A DNA stretch of 64,000 nucleotides from an uncultured beta proteobacterium (GTDB lineage Bacteria > Pseudomonadota > Gammaproteobacteria > Burkholderiales > SHXO01). Shown here in pieces: positions 8,207 to 18,382 of the stretch. Position 1 is the stretch's first letter. The number at the start of each line of letters is the position of its first letter. Location of the stretch: positions 10,742 through 74,741 of the forward strand of contig CAVPKE010000007.1 in NCBI GenBank assembly GCA_963705615.1. The letters are read 5' to 3'. Made by a program: the position numbers and the translations under genes. Below the pieces are notes generated by a model that saw only the letters and a list, made by a program, of their open reading frames with translations, ran no database searches and had not been told where the DNA came from.

Positions 8207-8988
8207 TTATGCGAGGACCTTTTGCGGCGACCGCGCATCGCTCGAGCGCGCGTCATGGCCTACCGTTGCAGGCATCTTGCTCGACGTCAACAGCGCCAGA
8301 TCGAGCAGTTCCAGGCTGCGCTTGGCTGCCAGCATGACCTGACGCTGCATCTGCTCCGTGAGGGCGTAGCGCTTGACGATCTCCAACGCGAACTTCGGAT
8401 GCTCATCGTCATAGTGGGCGTGCTCGCGAATCCACTTGTAGGTTTTCGGGTTCATGTCCACGCCGGCCTTTCCACGGTACGCCTCGAAGCCGTCGGCGAT
8501 CTTTCGGGCGAGAGCGCCCGCCATGCCTTCGATTGCAAAGCTCGTCGCCGCTACGCATTCGGCGAGTGTCCCCTTGGCGTTCACGCGCCAGACCCAGTCG
8601 GTCAGCGATTGCACGTCGCGCAGGCCAGGCGTCCTGCCCTCGGCCAGATCCAGCATCTGCTGCCGGCCCAGGCCGAACCCCTCGCCCATCCACAGCCAAT
8701 GCTCGGCGTGCGCCTTCTCGATGCGGATGTTCTCGATCAGGAAGGTTCGCGAAAACTCGTCCTCGACCTTGATCAGGCTCTCGGCCAGAAACTTCGGGAA
8801 GTCGTGGATGAACGGATAAAGCTCGAGAATCCAGCCCCGCATCTGGTCGACGCTCATGCCGTCGTGACGCGATCGCCGTCGGCCCAGGGGCCGTTGACGA
8901 GTCCGTCCCAGTAGGGGGCCACAAACTCGTACAGCGCGGCAACCCACAACGGGGGAGTGGAGATCTTTCGTACTGCACTGGGATTCAT
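8207..8988 (-). CDS. Heme-oxygenase-like fold (TenA/PqqC-type, iron-containing redox enzyme family) protein (one frame change near 8880)
   Basis: MNPSAVRKISTPPLWVAALYEFVAPYWDGLVNGPWA (ATG 8988, AGAGGA RBS) joins MSVDQMRGWILELYPFIHDFPKFLAESL...EKAHAEHWLWMGEGFGL...ATSFAIEGMAGALA...IREHAHYDDEHPKFALEIV. Confidence 0.7.
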
Positions 8989-9043
8989 ACTGCGTCCTCT
9001 CTGTGGTCAATGAAGAAGAAAGTGGTCGTGACAAGCGTTCAAC

Positions 9044-11252
9044 TCAGGACGGCGGCCAGCAGCGGTCAGGACAGCGACTGTCCTGGCCGTTGCAGACCGG
9101 TTGCGCAACGAACGGAACCGGGCGGCCGATCCAGTCGCCCTGAGCAAAATCGACTCCGATCTCGCGCAGCGCGGCCAGCCCCATTTCTCCGTCCACGAAC
9201 TCGCCGATCGTCTTCTTGCCCATCACATGACCTACGTCGTTGATGGCTTGCACGGTGGCGCGATCGACATCGTCGTAGGCCACGTTCTTGACGAAGCTGC
9301 CGTCGATCTTGATGAAGTCCACGGGCAGGTGCTTCAGGTACCCGAACGAGGACATCCCGGCACCGAAGTCATCGAGCGAGAACATGCAACCGAGCGATTT
9401 CATTTCGCCGAAGAAGCGTGCGGCCTTGTCGAAGTTGGCGATCGCCGCCGTCTCCGTGAGCTCGAAGCAGATGCTGCGAGGCGGCATGCGGTAGTGCCTG
9501 AACTGCTCGCGTACGAATTCGAGAAAACGTTCATCGGCGATCGACGTACCGGAGACGTTTATCGCATAGGTTCCACCGCTCTTACCGAGGGAATTGATCG
9601 TGGCGAAGGCGTGCTGGATCACCCACTGGTCGATACTGGACATCAGGCTGTAGCGTTCAGCGGCCGGAATGAAAGCCATCGGAAGGATGATCCTGCCGTG
9701 GTCATCCAGCATGCGCACCAGCAGCTCATGATGGTTTTCGGCCTGGGAGCTTGCCCCGCAACCGACATGATCTGCTGCGCATACAGCACGAACTGTCCCT
9801 CCTGCAGGGCGCGTTGCAGCCGAGACGCCCATTCCATCTCGCCGCGGCGCACGGATACGTCGCTGTCGTGCGGACGGTAGTACTGGACTCGGTTGCGACC
9901 CTTCTCCTTCGCCATGTAGCAGGCGGCGTCCGCGGCGCTGAGCACCTCGGTGAGGTTGAGCGTGCCGTCCGCAACCTGGACGACGCCGATGCTTACGCCG
10001 ATGCTGAACGACCGGTCGTCGTTCACGAAGCGGAAATCGGCGATACACAGGCGCAGCTCGTCGGCGATGCGGACGGCGTCCTGCATGGGACAGTTCTCCA
10101 GCAGCACGCCGAACTCGTCACCGCCCAGGCGGGCCAGGGAATCGCCGTCGCGCACCTGCTGCTTCAGCAACGTGCTCACCTGTCGCAGCAGCCGGTCGCC
10201 GGCTGCATGCCCGCAGGTGTCGTTGACGATCTTGAACTGGTCGAGATCCAGGTACATCACGACGTGCTGTCGGCTCTTGAGTGTCGGCGGTCTGCAAGGC
10301 CAGCTTGAGGCGATTCTCGAACTCGAGGCGGTTCAGCAGACCCGTCAGCGGATCATGGCTTGCATGGTAGGCGAGCTTGGCAGCGTATTCCTGCCGCAGC
10401 TTGAGCTCCTTCGAGCTCTCGTTCGGCCCGGTCGACGCGACTGACCATGCGCTGCGTAAGAACCACGCCGACCGGAACCAAAGTGCCGGCCACTGCAAGC
10501 AGTACGACCAATAGGGTGGATTGAATCCAGCGGGTGGCGTCACCCAGCGTGTTCGAGAACCGGTACTGCCAGGGTCTGAGTTCTTCGTTGATCTGGATGA
10601 TGCGGCTTAGAATTTCCTCGCGTGCCGCGGGTCCTGCGGTGCCAGATGAGTACAACACGTGGAGCTGGTCGGCCGCTGTCCCGAGCCTGGCGATGAATGC
10701 GTCGCCCGTTGTCCAGATTTCCAGCACGCTCTGCATGTAGCTGACGTGCTTGAAGCGCTCGTACAGGTTGATAACGCCGGGGATGTCATCCGGGTGGGTT
10801 CCACCTGCGAGGAAGCCGTCGCGCACGACCGCATAGTTCGGCTGGGGCTTCTCAAGTTCGAGTCTCGCTTTGCGGAAGCCCAGCGGCACCTTCATCGCTT
10901 TCTCGTAGTTGCGAAAGTCGGACTCGGAGCGGGTCTCGGCAAAACGCAACAGGTGGAACACAGCTTCCTTCTGGCTTTTCGACCACAGGCTTTCACCTTC
11001 GACGTACGCCCGCCCTGCAGCCAGGATGTCGATGCTTAGAGTAGCGAGCCAGACCAGCACTACGACGATTGTCAAGAAGGGCGAAATGATCAAAAGCATT
11101 CGCTTGCTTCCGGCGAGCGAACTCGCCGTGGACGAAGTGTCAACGGGCTCTATGGTTGTTTGTGTCTTCTTCGTGAAAGGCGATCGAAGACGCAGCAGAC
11201 CGTATACGTCGGCGGGTTTCATTGCAGCTGCTCGCAGCAGCTTGCATGCCAC
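9044..11252 (-). CDS. Membrane sensor GGDEF-EAL protein (diguanylate cyclase/phosphodiesterase) with 3 frame changes
   Basis: N-terminal two-TM periplasmic domain (10353-11252 ORF; alternative start MKPADV at 11222). Linker ...AYHASHDPLTGLLNR. GGDEF domain (YLDLDQFKIVNDTCGHAAGD...LARLGGDEFGVLL). EAL domain (LVRMLDDHGRIILPMAFIPAAE...ICFELTETAAI...FSLDDFGAGMSSFGYLKHLPVDFIKIDGSF). Frame changes near 10450, 10275 and 9750. Confidence 0.9.
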
Positions 11253-11497
11253 AGGGGCGAGTTGACGGTTCGCAACACTCCACGCTGAATTTCACAAGCG
11301 ACAGAGGGAGGCTTAGATTGACGACGCGCCCGACTGCGGCACGCCGATGTTCACCGGCACCGCTTGCCGTGGTGCGAAACGGCGTGTCCCCCGCTTCCGC
11401 TTACCCTCTCGATTGTCCGACGAGATTCCTGCGGGGGTGCGCGAGGTGTGATTTCAGGGGGGTTCGCGCGAGCAGGACGTCCTGTGCGCAGAACCCG

Positions 11498-13078
11498 CTA
11501 CTGTGCGCGTCCCGTTCGCCCGATCCGCACCAGCGCCAGTCCCGCGCTCGCGAATGCCAGCAAGGCGCCGAGGATCATCACCGCACGATACCCGTTCACG
11601 AACGACTCGCCGATCGCGTGCTGGAGCGCGTTGCGCGCCTGAGGCTCGATATCGGGCGGGAGTTCGATCCCCGCGAGCTTGTCGCGTTGGCGTCTCGACG
11701 GCTTGCACTGCCTCTGGGGGCAAGGACAACGAACCGAGTCTCTGCTCGAGAGCGCGATTGAACACGTGGGCCATCACGATGCCCAGCAGCGCGATAGCCA
11801 GCAGTGCGGCGACGCGCGAGACGGCATTGTTGACGCCCGAGGCGGCACCAGCAGACTGTGGCCCGACCGAACTCATGACGACGGTAGTCAGCGGGGCCAC
11901 CGTGATCGCCATCCCGAGCCCCAGCATCAACACGCCGGGAAAGAAGGTCACCCAGTAGCTGCCACCGATGCCGGGCACGGCCAGCACCAGAAAACCGACT
12001 CCGGCGAGAGTGGGCCCGACGACCAGCGGTAGCTTCGCGCCGTAGCGGTTGACCAGACCGCCCGCCCAGCGCGAGAGGAAGAACATACACAGGACGAACG
12101 GCACGAACGCGGCGCCGGCCTGCGTCGTCGAATAGCCCTGCACCTGGATCAAGTTCAGCGGCAGGAAGAACAGACTCCCGCCCAGCGCGGCGTAGAGCAG
12201 CAAGGTCAGGGCGTTTGCCGCAGCGAAGTTGCGCGATCGAAAGAGTTGGAGCGGCAACATCGGTGCGGGATGGCGCCGCTCGACGAAAATGAATGCGATC
12301 AGTGCAACAGCGCCCAGCGCGACGCGCCCACGATGGCGGGATCTCCCCAGCCTTTGACGGAGGACTCGATGAGCGCGTACACCACGCCGCCCAGCCCCAC
12401 CGAGGCCAGCACGCCGCCGGCCCAGTCCAAGCCTGCGGTGGCAGCAGGGTTGCGGCTTTCCGGCACGCGCCAGTACGTCAGGGCGAGGACGGCGGCGCCA
12501 ATGGGGAGATTGATGAGGAAGGCATAGCGCCACGACAGGTGATCGATCAGATAGCCACCGAGCAACGGCCCCAGCGCAGTGGTGATCGCGCTGTAGCCGG
12601 ACCAGGTGCCGATGGCCTTGCCGCGAACGTCTTCGGCAAACGACGCGCTGATGATCGCGAGGCTGCCGGGCACCAGCAGCGCGCCGCCGATGCCCTGCAC
12701 CGCGCGCGCGACGATGAGCTCGTGGACGCTGGAGGCGAGGCCGCACCACACCGAGGCGGCAGTGAAGAGCGCCACGCCGATCGCGAACACGCGCCTGCGC
12801 CCGAAGCGATCTCCCGCGGCCCCGCCTACGAGCAGCAGCGCCGACAGAAAGAGCGCGAACGACTCGATGACCCATTGCGCATCGAACACCGTGGCGTTGA
12901 ACTCGCGCTGCAGCGCCGGCAGGGCGATGTTGGCTACGGTGCCGTCGATGAAGGCCATGCTCGACGCGAGGATGGTCGCGGCGAGGATCCAGGGCGCTGC
13001 GGCCGGCGTGCAAGGGGCCGCGGCCGGCGCGGCGAGGACGGCCGCTTCGTCACAGGGGAGTTTGGTGAAGCTGGTCAT
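11498..13078 (-). CDS. MFS transporter, DHA2 (EmrB/QacA, 14-TMS) type, with 2 frame changes
   Basis: MTSFTKLP...ILASSMAFIDGTVANIALPALQ...GGAAGDRFGRRRVFAIGVALF...AVQGIGGALLVPGSLAII, then ...FRSRNFAAANALTLLLYAALGG.... The true C-terminus QRDKLAGIELPPDIEPQARNALQHAIGESFVNGYRAVMILGALLAFASAGLALVRIGRTGRAQ* was recovered by hand. Frame changes near 12310 and 11690. Confidence 0.9.
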
Positions 13079-13098
13079 AGGGAAGCAGGGCGAGCTGC

Positions 13099-13134
13099 TA
13101 TAATTAGCATAACCATAGTAATTGAGGTAATTGA
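13099..13134 (+). promoter_or_regulatory. Putative promoter/operator of the phd-PIN operon
   Basis: Perfect TATAAT at 13099-13104. Tandem direct repeats GTAATTGA at 13118-13125 and 13127-13134, overlapping a GAGG RBS just before ATG 13136. This is an AT-rich 57-bp divergent intergenic region. Confidence 0.4.
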
Positions 13135-13135
13135 C

Positions 13136-13420
13136 ATGATCAAAGAGAGCACAGCAATGACATTGCGCCAGAACCTCGGGGAGCTGCTCAACGAGGTGCA
13201 ATACCGGCGCGATCGAATACTGATCACCAAGGCCGGAAAGCCGGTTGCGGCGCTCATCGATATCGACACCTTCGACAAGATCCGCAAGCTGGATGAAGAA
13301 TTCGATCGTCTTCGCACCGAACTCGCCCAGGCCTTCGAGAATGTCCCGGAAGCCGACGGTACCAAGTTGGTCGATGACGCGGTACGAGCGACTAGGAAAA
13401 AGAAAGTCGCGCGGCGATGA
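13136..13420 (+). CDS. Phd/YefM-family antitoxin
   Basis: MIKESTAMTLRQNLGELLNEVQYRRDRILITKAGKPVAALIDIDTFDKIRKLDEEFD. This is the only credible part of the track ORF 12293-13420; the rest is antisense to the MFS gene. Confidence 0.85.
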   Translation: MIKESTAMTLRQNLGELLNEVQYRRDRILITKAGKPVAALIDIDTFDKIRKLDEEFDRLRTELAQAFENVPEADGTKLVDDAVRATRKKKVARR

Positions 13421-13827
13421 AGGCAGTGCTGGACACGAACGTCTTGCTGTCCGGCTTGATGTACCCTTCCAGCGTTCCGGGGCGCATCGTGGAAGCCTGG
13501 GTCACCGGCCGCTTCGATCTCGTAGTGTCATATGCACAGCTCTCCGAGATTGCGCGCACACTGACCTACCCCAAAATCCAAAAGATCACGCGCTGGGACG
13601 ACGCTAAGATCGAAGCCTTCCTCAGGCAGCTGCTTCTCCGGGCCGAGGTGGTCGACACACGAGAGGCGGCAGTGGAAGTGATCGCGGATCCCGCAGACAG
13701 CCCCATTCTCGCGTCGCTGGTTGTTTCGCGAGCCGAGGTGCTAGTCACCGGCGATAGCGACCTGCTCGCCCTTAGAGAGAACTACCCGATCGTGACGCCC
13801 GCCGAGTTCGCCTCTCGCTTCGACTGA
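13417..13827 (+). CDS. PIN-domain toxin (TIGR00305-like)
   Basis: MKAVLDTNVLLSGL...DLVVSYAQLSEIARTLTYPK...DPADSPILASLVVSRAEVLVTGDSDLL. It overlaps the antitoxin by 4 bp. Confidence 0.9.
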   Translation: MKAVLDTNVLLSGLMYPSSVPGRIVEAWVTGRFDLVVSYAQLSEIARTLTYPKIQKITRWDDAKIEAFLRQLLLRAEVVDTREAAVEVIADPADSPILASLVVSRAEVLVTGDSDLLALRENYPIVTPAEFASRFD

Positions 13828-13877
13828 GCCGAACCCAGCGGACCGTTGGCACCGCCGCCTCATTCAGCGCGCGCGGA

Positions 13878-14243
13878 TCATCGCGCCGACTTCGGCTTCC
13901 AGAGCCCGAGCGCCGCACCGGTAGGGTCGATGATGATGCTGAGCCAGCCGGCCCCCATCACCTCGGTGACGTCCTTCATGACTGTCGCGCCCAACGACTT
14001 GGCCTTCTGCGTCGCGGCGGCGATGTCGTCCACCAGCACATAAGCCAGCCATGAGGAAGGCGCATTCGGCACCGGGTGCTTCATCAGCCCGCCGCCGGTC
14101 CCCTCGCCTACTTTGATCATAGTGTAGCTGCCGCCCGGCATCGGCATCTCTTCGAGCTTCCAGTCGAACAACTTGGTGTAGAAGGCTTTCGCTTTGCCAA
14201 CGTCGGTGGTGTTGAGTTCCACGTGTACAAACGGATTCGCCAT
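13878..14243 (-). CDS. VOC/glyoxalase-family protein
   Basis: MANPFVHVELNTTDVGKAKAFYTKLFDWKLEEMPMPGGSYTMIKVGEGTGGGLMK...AYVLVDDIAAATQKAKSLGATVMKDVTEVMGAGWLSIIIDPTGAALGLW. The ATG at 14243 is preceded by GGAGAC. Confidence 0.85.
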   Translation of the reverse strand: MANPFVHVELNTTDVGKAKAFYTKLFDWKLEEMPMPGGSYTMIKVGEGTGGGLMKHPVPNAPSSWLAYVLVDDIAAATQKAKSLGATVMKDVTEVMGAGWLSIIIDPTGAALGLWKPKSAR

Positions 14244-14299
14244 GATGGTCTCCTTCAAGTGAGGTTGAAACACCCCGTCGGTGACGCGCACTGAGACTA

Positions 14300-15671
14300 T
14301 CAGCGCTGCGCCTCCCGCGAGGAATGGTGTGCGACGTCCGCTGCGGACGCCGCGTGTGCTCCGTGCGAGGCGCTCCGAGCGTCCGCGAGCTTGCGCCCCA
14401 TGAAGCGCCTCTCGGGCTCGGTCCGCGCCAGTTCGAGCGCACGCTCGAAGCGCTCTGCCGCCTCGTCGAAGCGGCCCAGACAGCGCAAGAACTCTCCTTC
14501 GGCCGCCGGCAGGAACGGATAACGCTCCAGACGGCTGTCCGGTGCAATGCCGCGCAGCGCCGCCAATCCGGCGGCCGGCCCCTCGACCTTGCCCAGCGCG
14601 ATGGCGCGGTTCAGTTGCACGACGGCCGTGGGCTGCAGCTCGCGCAGCAGATCGTAGAGCTCCAGGATGCGAGGCCAGGACGTGTCGTCCGGATGCGCGG
14701 TGCCGATGTGGATCGCCGCGATCTCGGCCTGCAGATGGTAGGGCGTCAGCCGATCGCCAGCCCCGGCGCGCTCGAGATGCAGTCAGACCCAGCGAGATCA
14801 TCGAGCGGTTCCAGAGCGTGCGGTCCTGCTCCTCGAGCAGCAGCAGATCTCCGACCGCGTCGGTGCGGGAAGCGAAGCGCGCGGCCTGGAACAGCATCAG
14901 CGCGAGCACGGCGTGAACTTCCGGGCGCGACGTCGCGGGATTCTCGGCGAGGAGCTGCGTGAGCCGTATCGCTTCGGCGCAGAGATCCTCCTTGATCAGG
15001 CGATCGCCGGCCGTCGGCGCATACCCTTCGGTGAAGAACAGATACAGCACCTCGAGCACCGGATCCAGCCGTTCGGGCAAGGCCTGCGGCCCGGGGACTT
15101 CGAAGCCGATCCGCCGTTCGCGGATGAGGCGCTTAGCGCGCACCAGGCGCTGCGCAATGGCCGCGTCGTTGGTCAAGAAGGCGCGGGCGATCTCGGTCAC
15201 ACCGAATCCGCATACGACTTTGAGGGTCAACGCTACGCTCGCAGGACTGGGCAGCGCCGGATGGCAACAGACGAACATCAAGGCGAGCTGCTCGTCGTCC
15301 ACTTCTTTGGCGAACTTGAGCTTGTCCTGCGCGCTCGCGACGGCCAGAGCCGTTATCTCATGCTCCTGGTCGTTAGGGTCGTCCGCGTCGAACGAGTACA
15401 ACTTCTTCTCGCCGCGCACGACGTCGAGTGCGCGGTTGGATGCCACCCGCATCAGCCAGGCGTGCGGGTTGAGCGGCACACCGTCGTACGGCCAGTGCTG
15501 CAACGCTTGCACCAACGCGTACTGCACCGAGTCCTCCACCACGTCGAGGCGATGCGCGCCGAAGACGCGCGTCAACCTGGAGGCGATCCGTCCGGCCTCG
15601 CGCCGAAACAGATGGTCCACGAGTTGGTTGACGGTCTGCGCTTCACCGTTCATGACACCTGGGCCGTTCAT
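14300..15671 (-). CDS. ECF-type sigma-70 factor with a C-terminal TPR-like extension (COG4941 type); one frame change near 14775
   Basis: ...LFRREAGRIASRLTRVFGAHRLDVVEDSVQYALVQAL..WP.DGVP.NPHAWLMRVASNRALD...MFVCCHPAL...ALTLKVVCGFGVTEIARAFL. After the shift it continues LHLERAGAGDRLTPYHLQAEIAAIHIG...VVQLNRAIALGKVEG...RYPFLPAAEGEFLRCLGRFDEAAERFERAL. Confidence 0.85.
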
Positions 15672-15705
15672 GGCGCCTGGCTCGTCCCTAACGCCCAGCT
15701 CGTCC

Positions 15706-16059
15706 CTAACGTATGGAGTCGACCTGCCGCACTTCGATCCACTGACTGCCCGTGAGGTGCGGACAGGTGCGTGCGATCTCCACGGCTTCGTCGTAGCTCG
15801 CTGCTTCGATGGCGAAGTAACCGCCGAGCACCTCGGCCGCTTCGCTGTAAGGACCGTCGGTCACGGACACCTGGCCGCCCTGAAGCCGCAGGTGCCGCCC
15901 GCCGTCGTTGCTGAGCTTCTCACCTCCCCGCAGCCTGTTCTCGCGGACCAGCTGTTCGCGCCAGGCTTTGTACCGGGCGATGATCTGCTGGATGTCCTCC
16001 GGCGATAAGTCACGGAATTTGGACGGCGATTGGTGAAGCAGCAGCATGTAGGCGGGCAT
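15706..16059 (-). CDS. YciI-family (DGPF domain) protein
   Basis: MPAYMLLLHQSPSKFRDLSPEDIQQIIARYKAWREQL...VTDGPYSEAAEVLGGYFAIEAASYDEAVEIARTCP. This is the classical partner gene of the COG4941 sigma factor. Confidence 0.9.
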   Translation of the reverse strand: MPAYMLLLHQSPSKFRDLSPEDIQQIIARYKAWREQLVRENRLRGGEKLSNDGGRHLRLQGGQVSVTDGPYSEAAEVLGGYFAIEAASYDEAVEIARTCPHLTGSQWIEVRQVDSIR

Positions 16060-16301
16060 CGGTCGTCTCCTTGATTAGACATGCTCGAATGAGCGCGTTC
16101 GCGCCTTCATCGGCGCACCATACTCCTAAGACGATCGGGCACGCCGAAAATCGACACGCTCGCGGGTGGCCCGATTGGGGCGACGTGTAGCCGGGCGCCC
16201 GATTCAGGAACATCACCGCATGCAGCGCCTGCCTTGAGCCGCGAGGAATGGCGCGATAGGGTTTTGCGCTCCCCTGCGCCCGCATGCTAGGCTCGCTCGC
16301 C

Positions 16302-17573
16302 ATGCGCATCGAGATCATCTGCACCGGTGACGAGGTCCTGACGGGCCAGACCGTCAACACCAACTTCAGCTACATCAGCCAGAAGCTCGGGGACGTCGGG
16401 CTTCAGGTCCTGTGGGGTACCACGGTCGGCGACGATCGGGAGACCCTGCTGCAAGCGTTCCGGCTCGCGGCCGAGCGGGCCGATGCCGTGATCGTCAACG
16501 GCGGGCTGGGTCCCACGGTGGACGATCTGTCGCAGGAGGTCGCGGCGCATGCCGCGGGCGTGGAGCTCGTCTTCAGCGCGGAGTGGTTCGCCAAGATGGA
16601 GGAGCTGTTCCGCAAGCGCAGCCGCGTGATGCCGCCCAACAACCGCAAGCAGGCCATGCTGCCGGCGGGCGCGGAGTTGCTAGACAATCCCATCGGCACC
16701 GCCTGCGGGTTCGCACTCGACATCGGTAAAGCGCGCTTCTTCTTCACGCCGGGCGTGCCGCGCGAGCTGCATCGCATGCTCGAGGAGCAGATCATCCCGC
16801 GCCTGCTCGCGAAGAGCGGCCGGCCAACGATGAGCTTCCTGAAGCGGTTCCACTCCTACGGGCTGGGAGAATCGCACGTCGACAGCTTGCTCGCGGGGCT
16901 GGAAGCGCTCGTGCCCGACGGGAGCCTGAAGCTCGGCTTCCGCGCTCACTACCCCCAGCTCGAGACGAAGCTCGTCGTGCGCGGCAGCGACATGGAAGAT
17001 ATCCGGCGCAAGCTGGCGCCGGTGGAACAAGAGGTGCGCAAGCGGCTCGGCAACTTCATCCTGGCCGAAGACGATCAGAAGCTCGAGGGCGTGGTCCTGG
17101 AGGAGCTCTCCCGCCGTCAGGCCTCGCTTGCGATCGTGGAGACCTTCACCGGCGGCGCGATCGCCGCGCGCATCGCCCCGCTCCCGGGCGCGGAGAGCGT
17201 CTTTCGCCGGGGCATCGTGGCGCGGGAGCTGGCCGAGGTGTATGCGGATATCGGCCTGGATGAATCTCCTGTCACGGGCGAGCTCACGGTGGCGACCGCT
17301 GAGACCGTGGCACGTGCGGCGCGGCATCGAACAGGCGCCACGCACGCGTTGGCGGTGCTGATGGATCTGGACGAGGGCCCCGATCGGATCGACTTCGGGG
17401 CGACGATCTTGATCGCGATCGCCACCGAGCAGGAGGTCACCTCTCGGCGCAGCCGCATCCTCGGCGGCCGCGAGTGGGTGCGTCTGGGTGCGGTGGAGAT
17501 GTCGCTGGACTGCCTGCGCCGCTATCTGCAGGGGCTGCCGGTGCGCGAGCGGATCGATTTCGAGAAGGTGTAG
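16302..17573 (+). CDS. cinA: CinA-like protein (MoCF-binding domain plus nicotinamide-nucleotide amidase-like C-terminal domain)
   Basis: MRIEIICTGDEVLTGQTVNTNFSYISQKL...VIVNGGLGPTVDDLS...NPIGTACGF...AIVETFTGGAIAARI. The ORF is intact. Confidence 0.9.
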   Translation: MRIEIICTGDEVLTGQTVNTNFSYISQKLGDVGLQVLWGTTVGDDRETLLQAFRLAAERADAVIVNGGLGPTVDDLSQEVAAHAAGVELVFSAEWFAKMEELFRKRSRVMPPNNRKQAMLPAGAELLDNPIGTACGFALDIGKARFFFTPGVPRELHRMLEEQIIPRLLAKSGRPTMSFLKRFHSYGLGESHVDSLLAGLEALVPDGSLKLGFRAHYPQLETKLVVRGSDMEDIRRKLAPVEQEVRKRLGNFILAEDDQKLEGVVLEELSRRQASLAIVETFTGGAIAARIAPLPGAESVFRRGIVARELAEVYADIGLDESPVTGELTVATAETVARAARHRTGATHALAVLMDLDEGPDRIDFGATILIAIATEQEVTSRRSRILGGREWVRLGAVEMSLDCLRRYLQGLPVRERIDFEKV

Positions 17574-17576
17574 GTC

Positions 17577-17600
17577 GCCCCCTCACCCCGGCCCTCTCCG
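17577..17600 (+). repeat. Partial REP-like element (GCCCCCTCACCCCGGCCCTCTCCG), left arm only
   Basis: Matches the left half of the 8089 element. It lies between the convergent cinA and vapC ends. Confidence 0.45.
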
Positions 17601-17602
17601 GA

Positions 17603-18034
17603 TTAAGTCCGCTCACCCGTCCAGGGATCGAAGCACTCGATCCCACAGCGCTCGAAGTCGACTCGGTTGCGGGTCGCCGCGATCAGGCCGTGGACCAGGC
17701 ACGTGGCGGCGATGAGGCTGTCCATTACAGGTAGCGGCCGCCCGCGACGCTCCGATTCGCCCGCCAAGGAACCCCATCGCGCGGCGACGCCGAGGTCAAC
17801 CGATAACAGACGCTCCCCGAAGCGCGAGACCAGGTCCTTGCGAACCCAGCCCACCAGTCTGGATCGCCGTCGCGAATCAGCCAGCTTCGCGATCCCCTTC
17901 TCGAGCTCTCCAACGGTTAGCACGCTCAGAAAAAGGGTGTCCTCATCGCATTGCCCCAGCCACTCGAGCACGCCTGGATTTGGTAACGGCTTTACCAACT
18001 CGGACACGACGGAGGTGTCGAGCAGGAAATTCAC
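17603..18034 (-). CDS. vapC: VapC/FitB-like PIN-domain toxin
   Basis: MNFLLDTSVVSELVKPLPNPGVLEWL...LFLSVLTVGELEKGI...VMDSLIAATCLVHGLIAATRN. Confidence 0.9.
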   Translation of the reverse strand: MNFLLDTSVVSELVKPLPNPGVLEWLGQCDEDTLFLSVLTVGELEKGIAKLADSRRRSRLVGWVRKDLVSRFGERLLSVDLGVAARWGSLAGESERRGRPLPVMDSLIAATCLVHGLIAATRNRVDFERCGIECFDPWTGERT

Positions 18035-18282
18035 AGCTCGACCGGCCTTCCCGTGTCCCGACTGCGGGTCAGATCGAGCTCGACGCCAACCAATGGCGAC
18101 TTACGAAAGAACTCCACCAATGAGCCTCTGCGTCGCTGGAGCTTGCGATACTGCCGAGCAGAGACCACGACCGCCGCATCTTCGCCATGGACGGTAATGA
18201 TCTGTGGCCCTTCCTCGCGCGCCTTGCGCACCAGCTCACTCAGTCGGTTCTTGGCTTCCTGCAGTTGCCACCGATCATTCAT
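18031..18282 (-). CDS. Phd/YefM-type antitoxin, partner of VapC
   Basis: MNDRWQLQEAKNRLSELVRKAREEGPQIITVHGEDAAVVVSARQYRKL. It overlaps the toxin by 4 bp. Confidence 0.85.
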   Translation of the reverse strand: MNDRWQLQEAKNRLSELVRKAREEGPQIITVHGEDAAVVVSARQYRKLQRRRGSLVEFFRKSPLVGVELDLTRSRDTGRPVEL

Positions 18283-18382
18283 GGTCCTCTCTTTTCTGGC
18301 CAGTCTGGCCAGATTATACTACAAGTGCATCCGCCACGCGCTGGGACTACAATCCAGGAACTACGGCGAGGGTGAGGTTTCT

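Noticed and set aside
12293-13135. N-terminal 281 codons of ORF 12293-13420
   Set aside because: This part is antisense to the MFS transporter and Arg/Gly/Asp-rich. Only the last 94 codons (Phd antitoxin from ATG 13136, with its own promoter-like region and RBS) are credible.
13878-15671. 597-aa ORF presented as a single gene
   Set aside because: It is a chimera. A sigma-factor N-terminus reads through in the wrong frame (an R/A/G-rich stretch) after a frame change near 14775, and continues into the separate VOC gene that has its own ATG at 14243. The genuine sigma C-terminus is in the frame of ORF 14300-14620.
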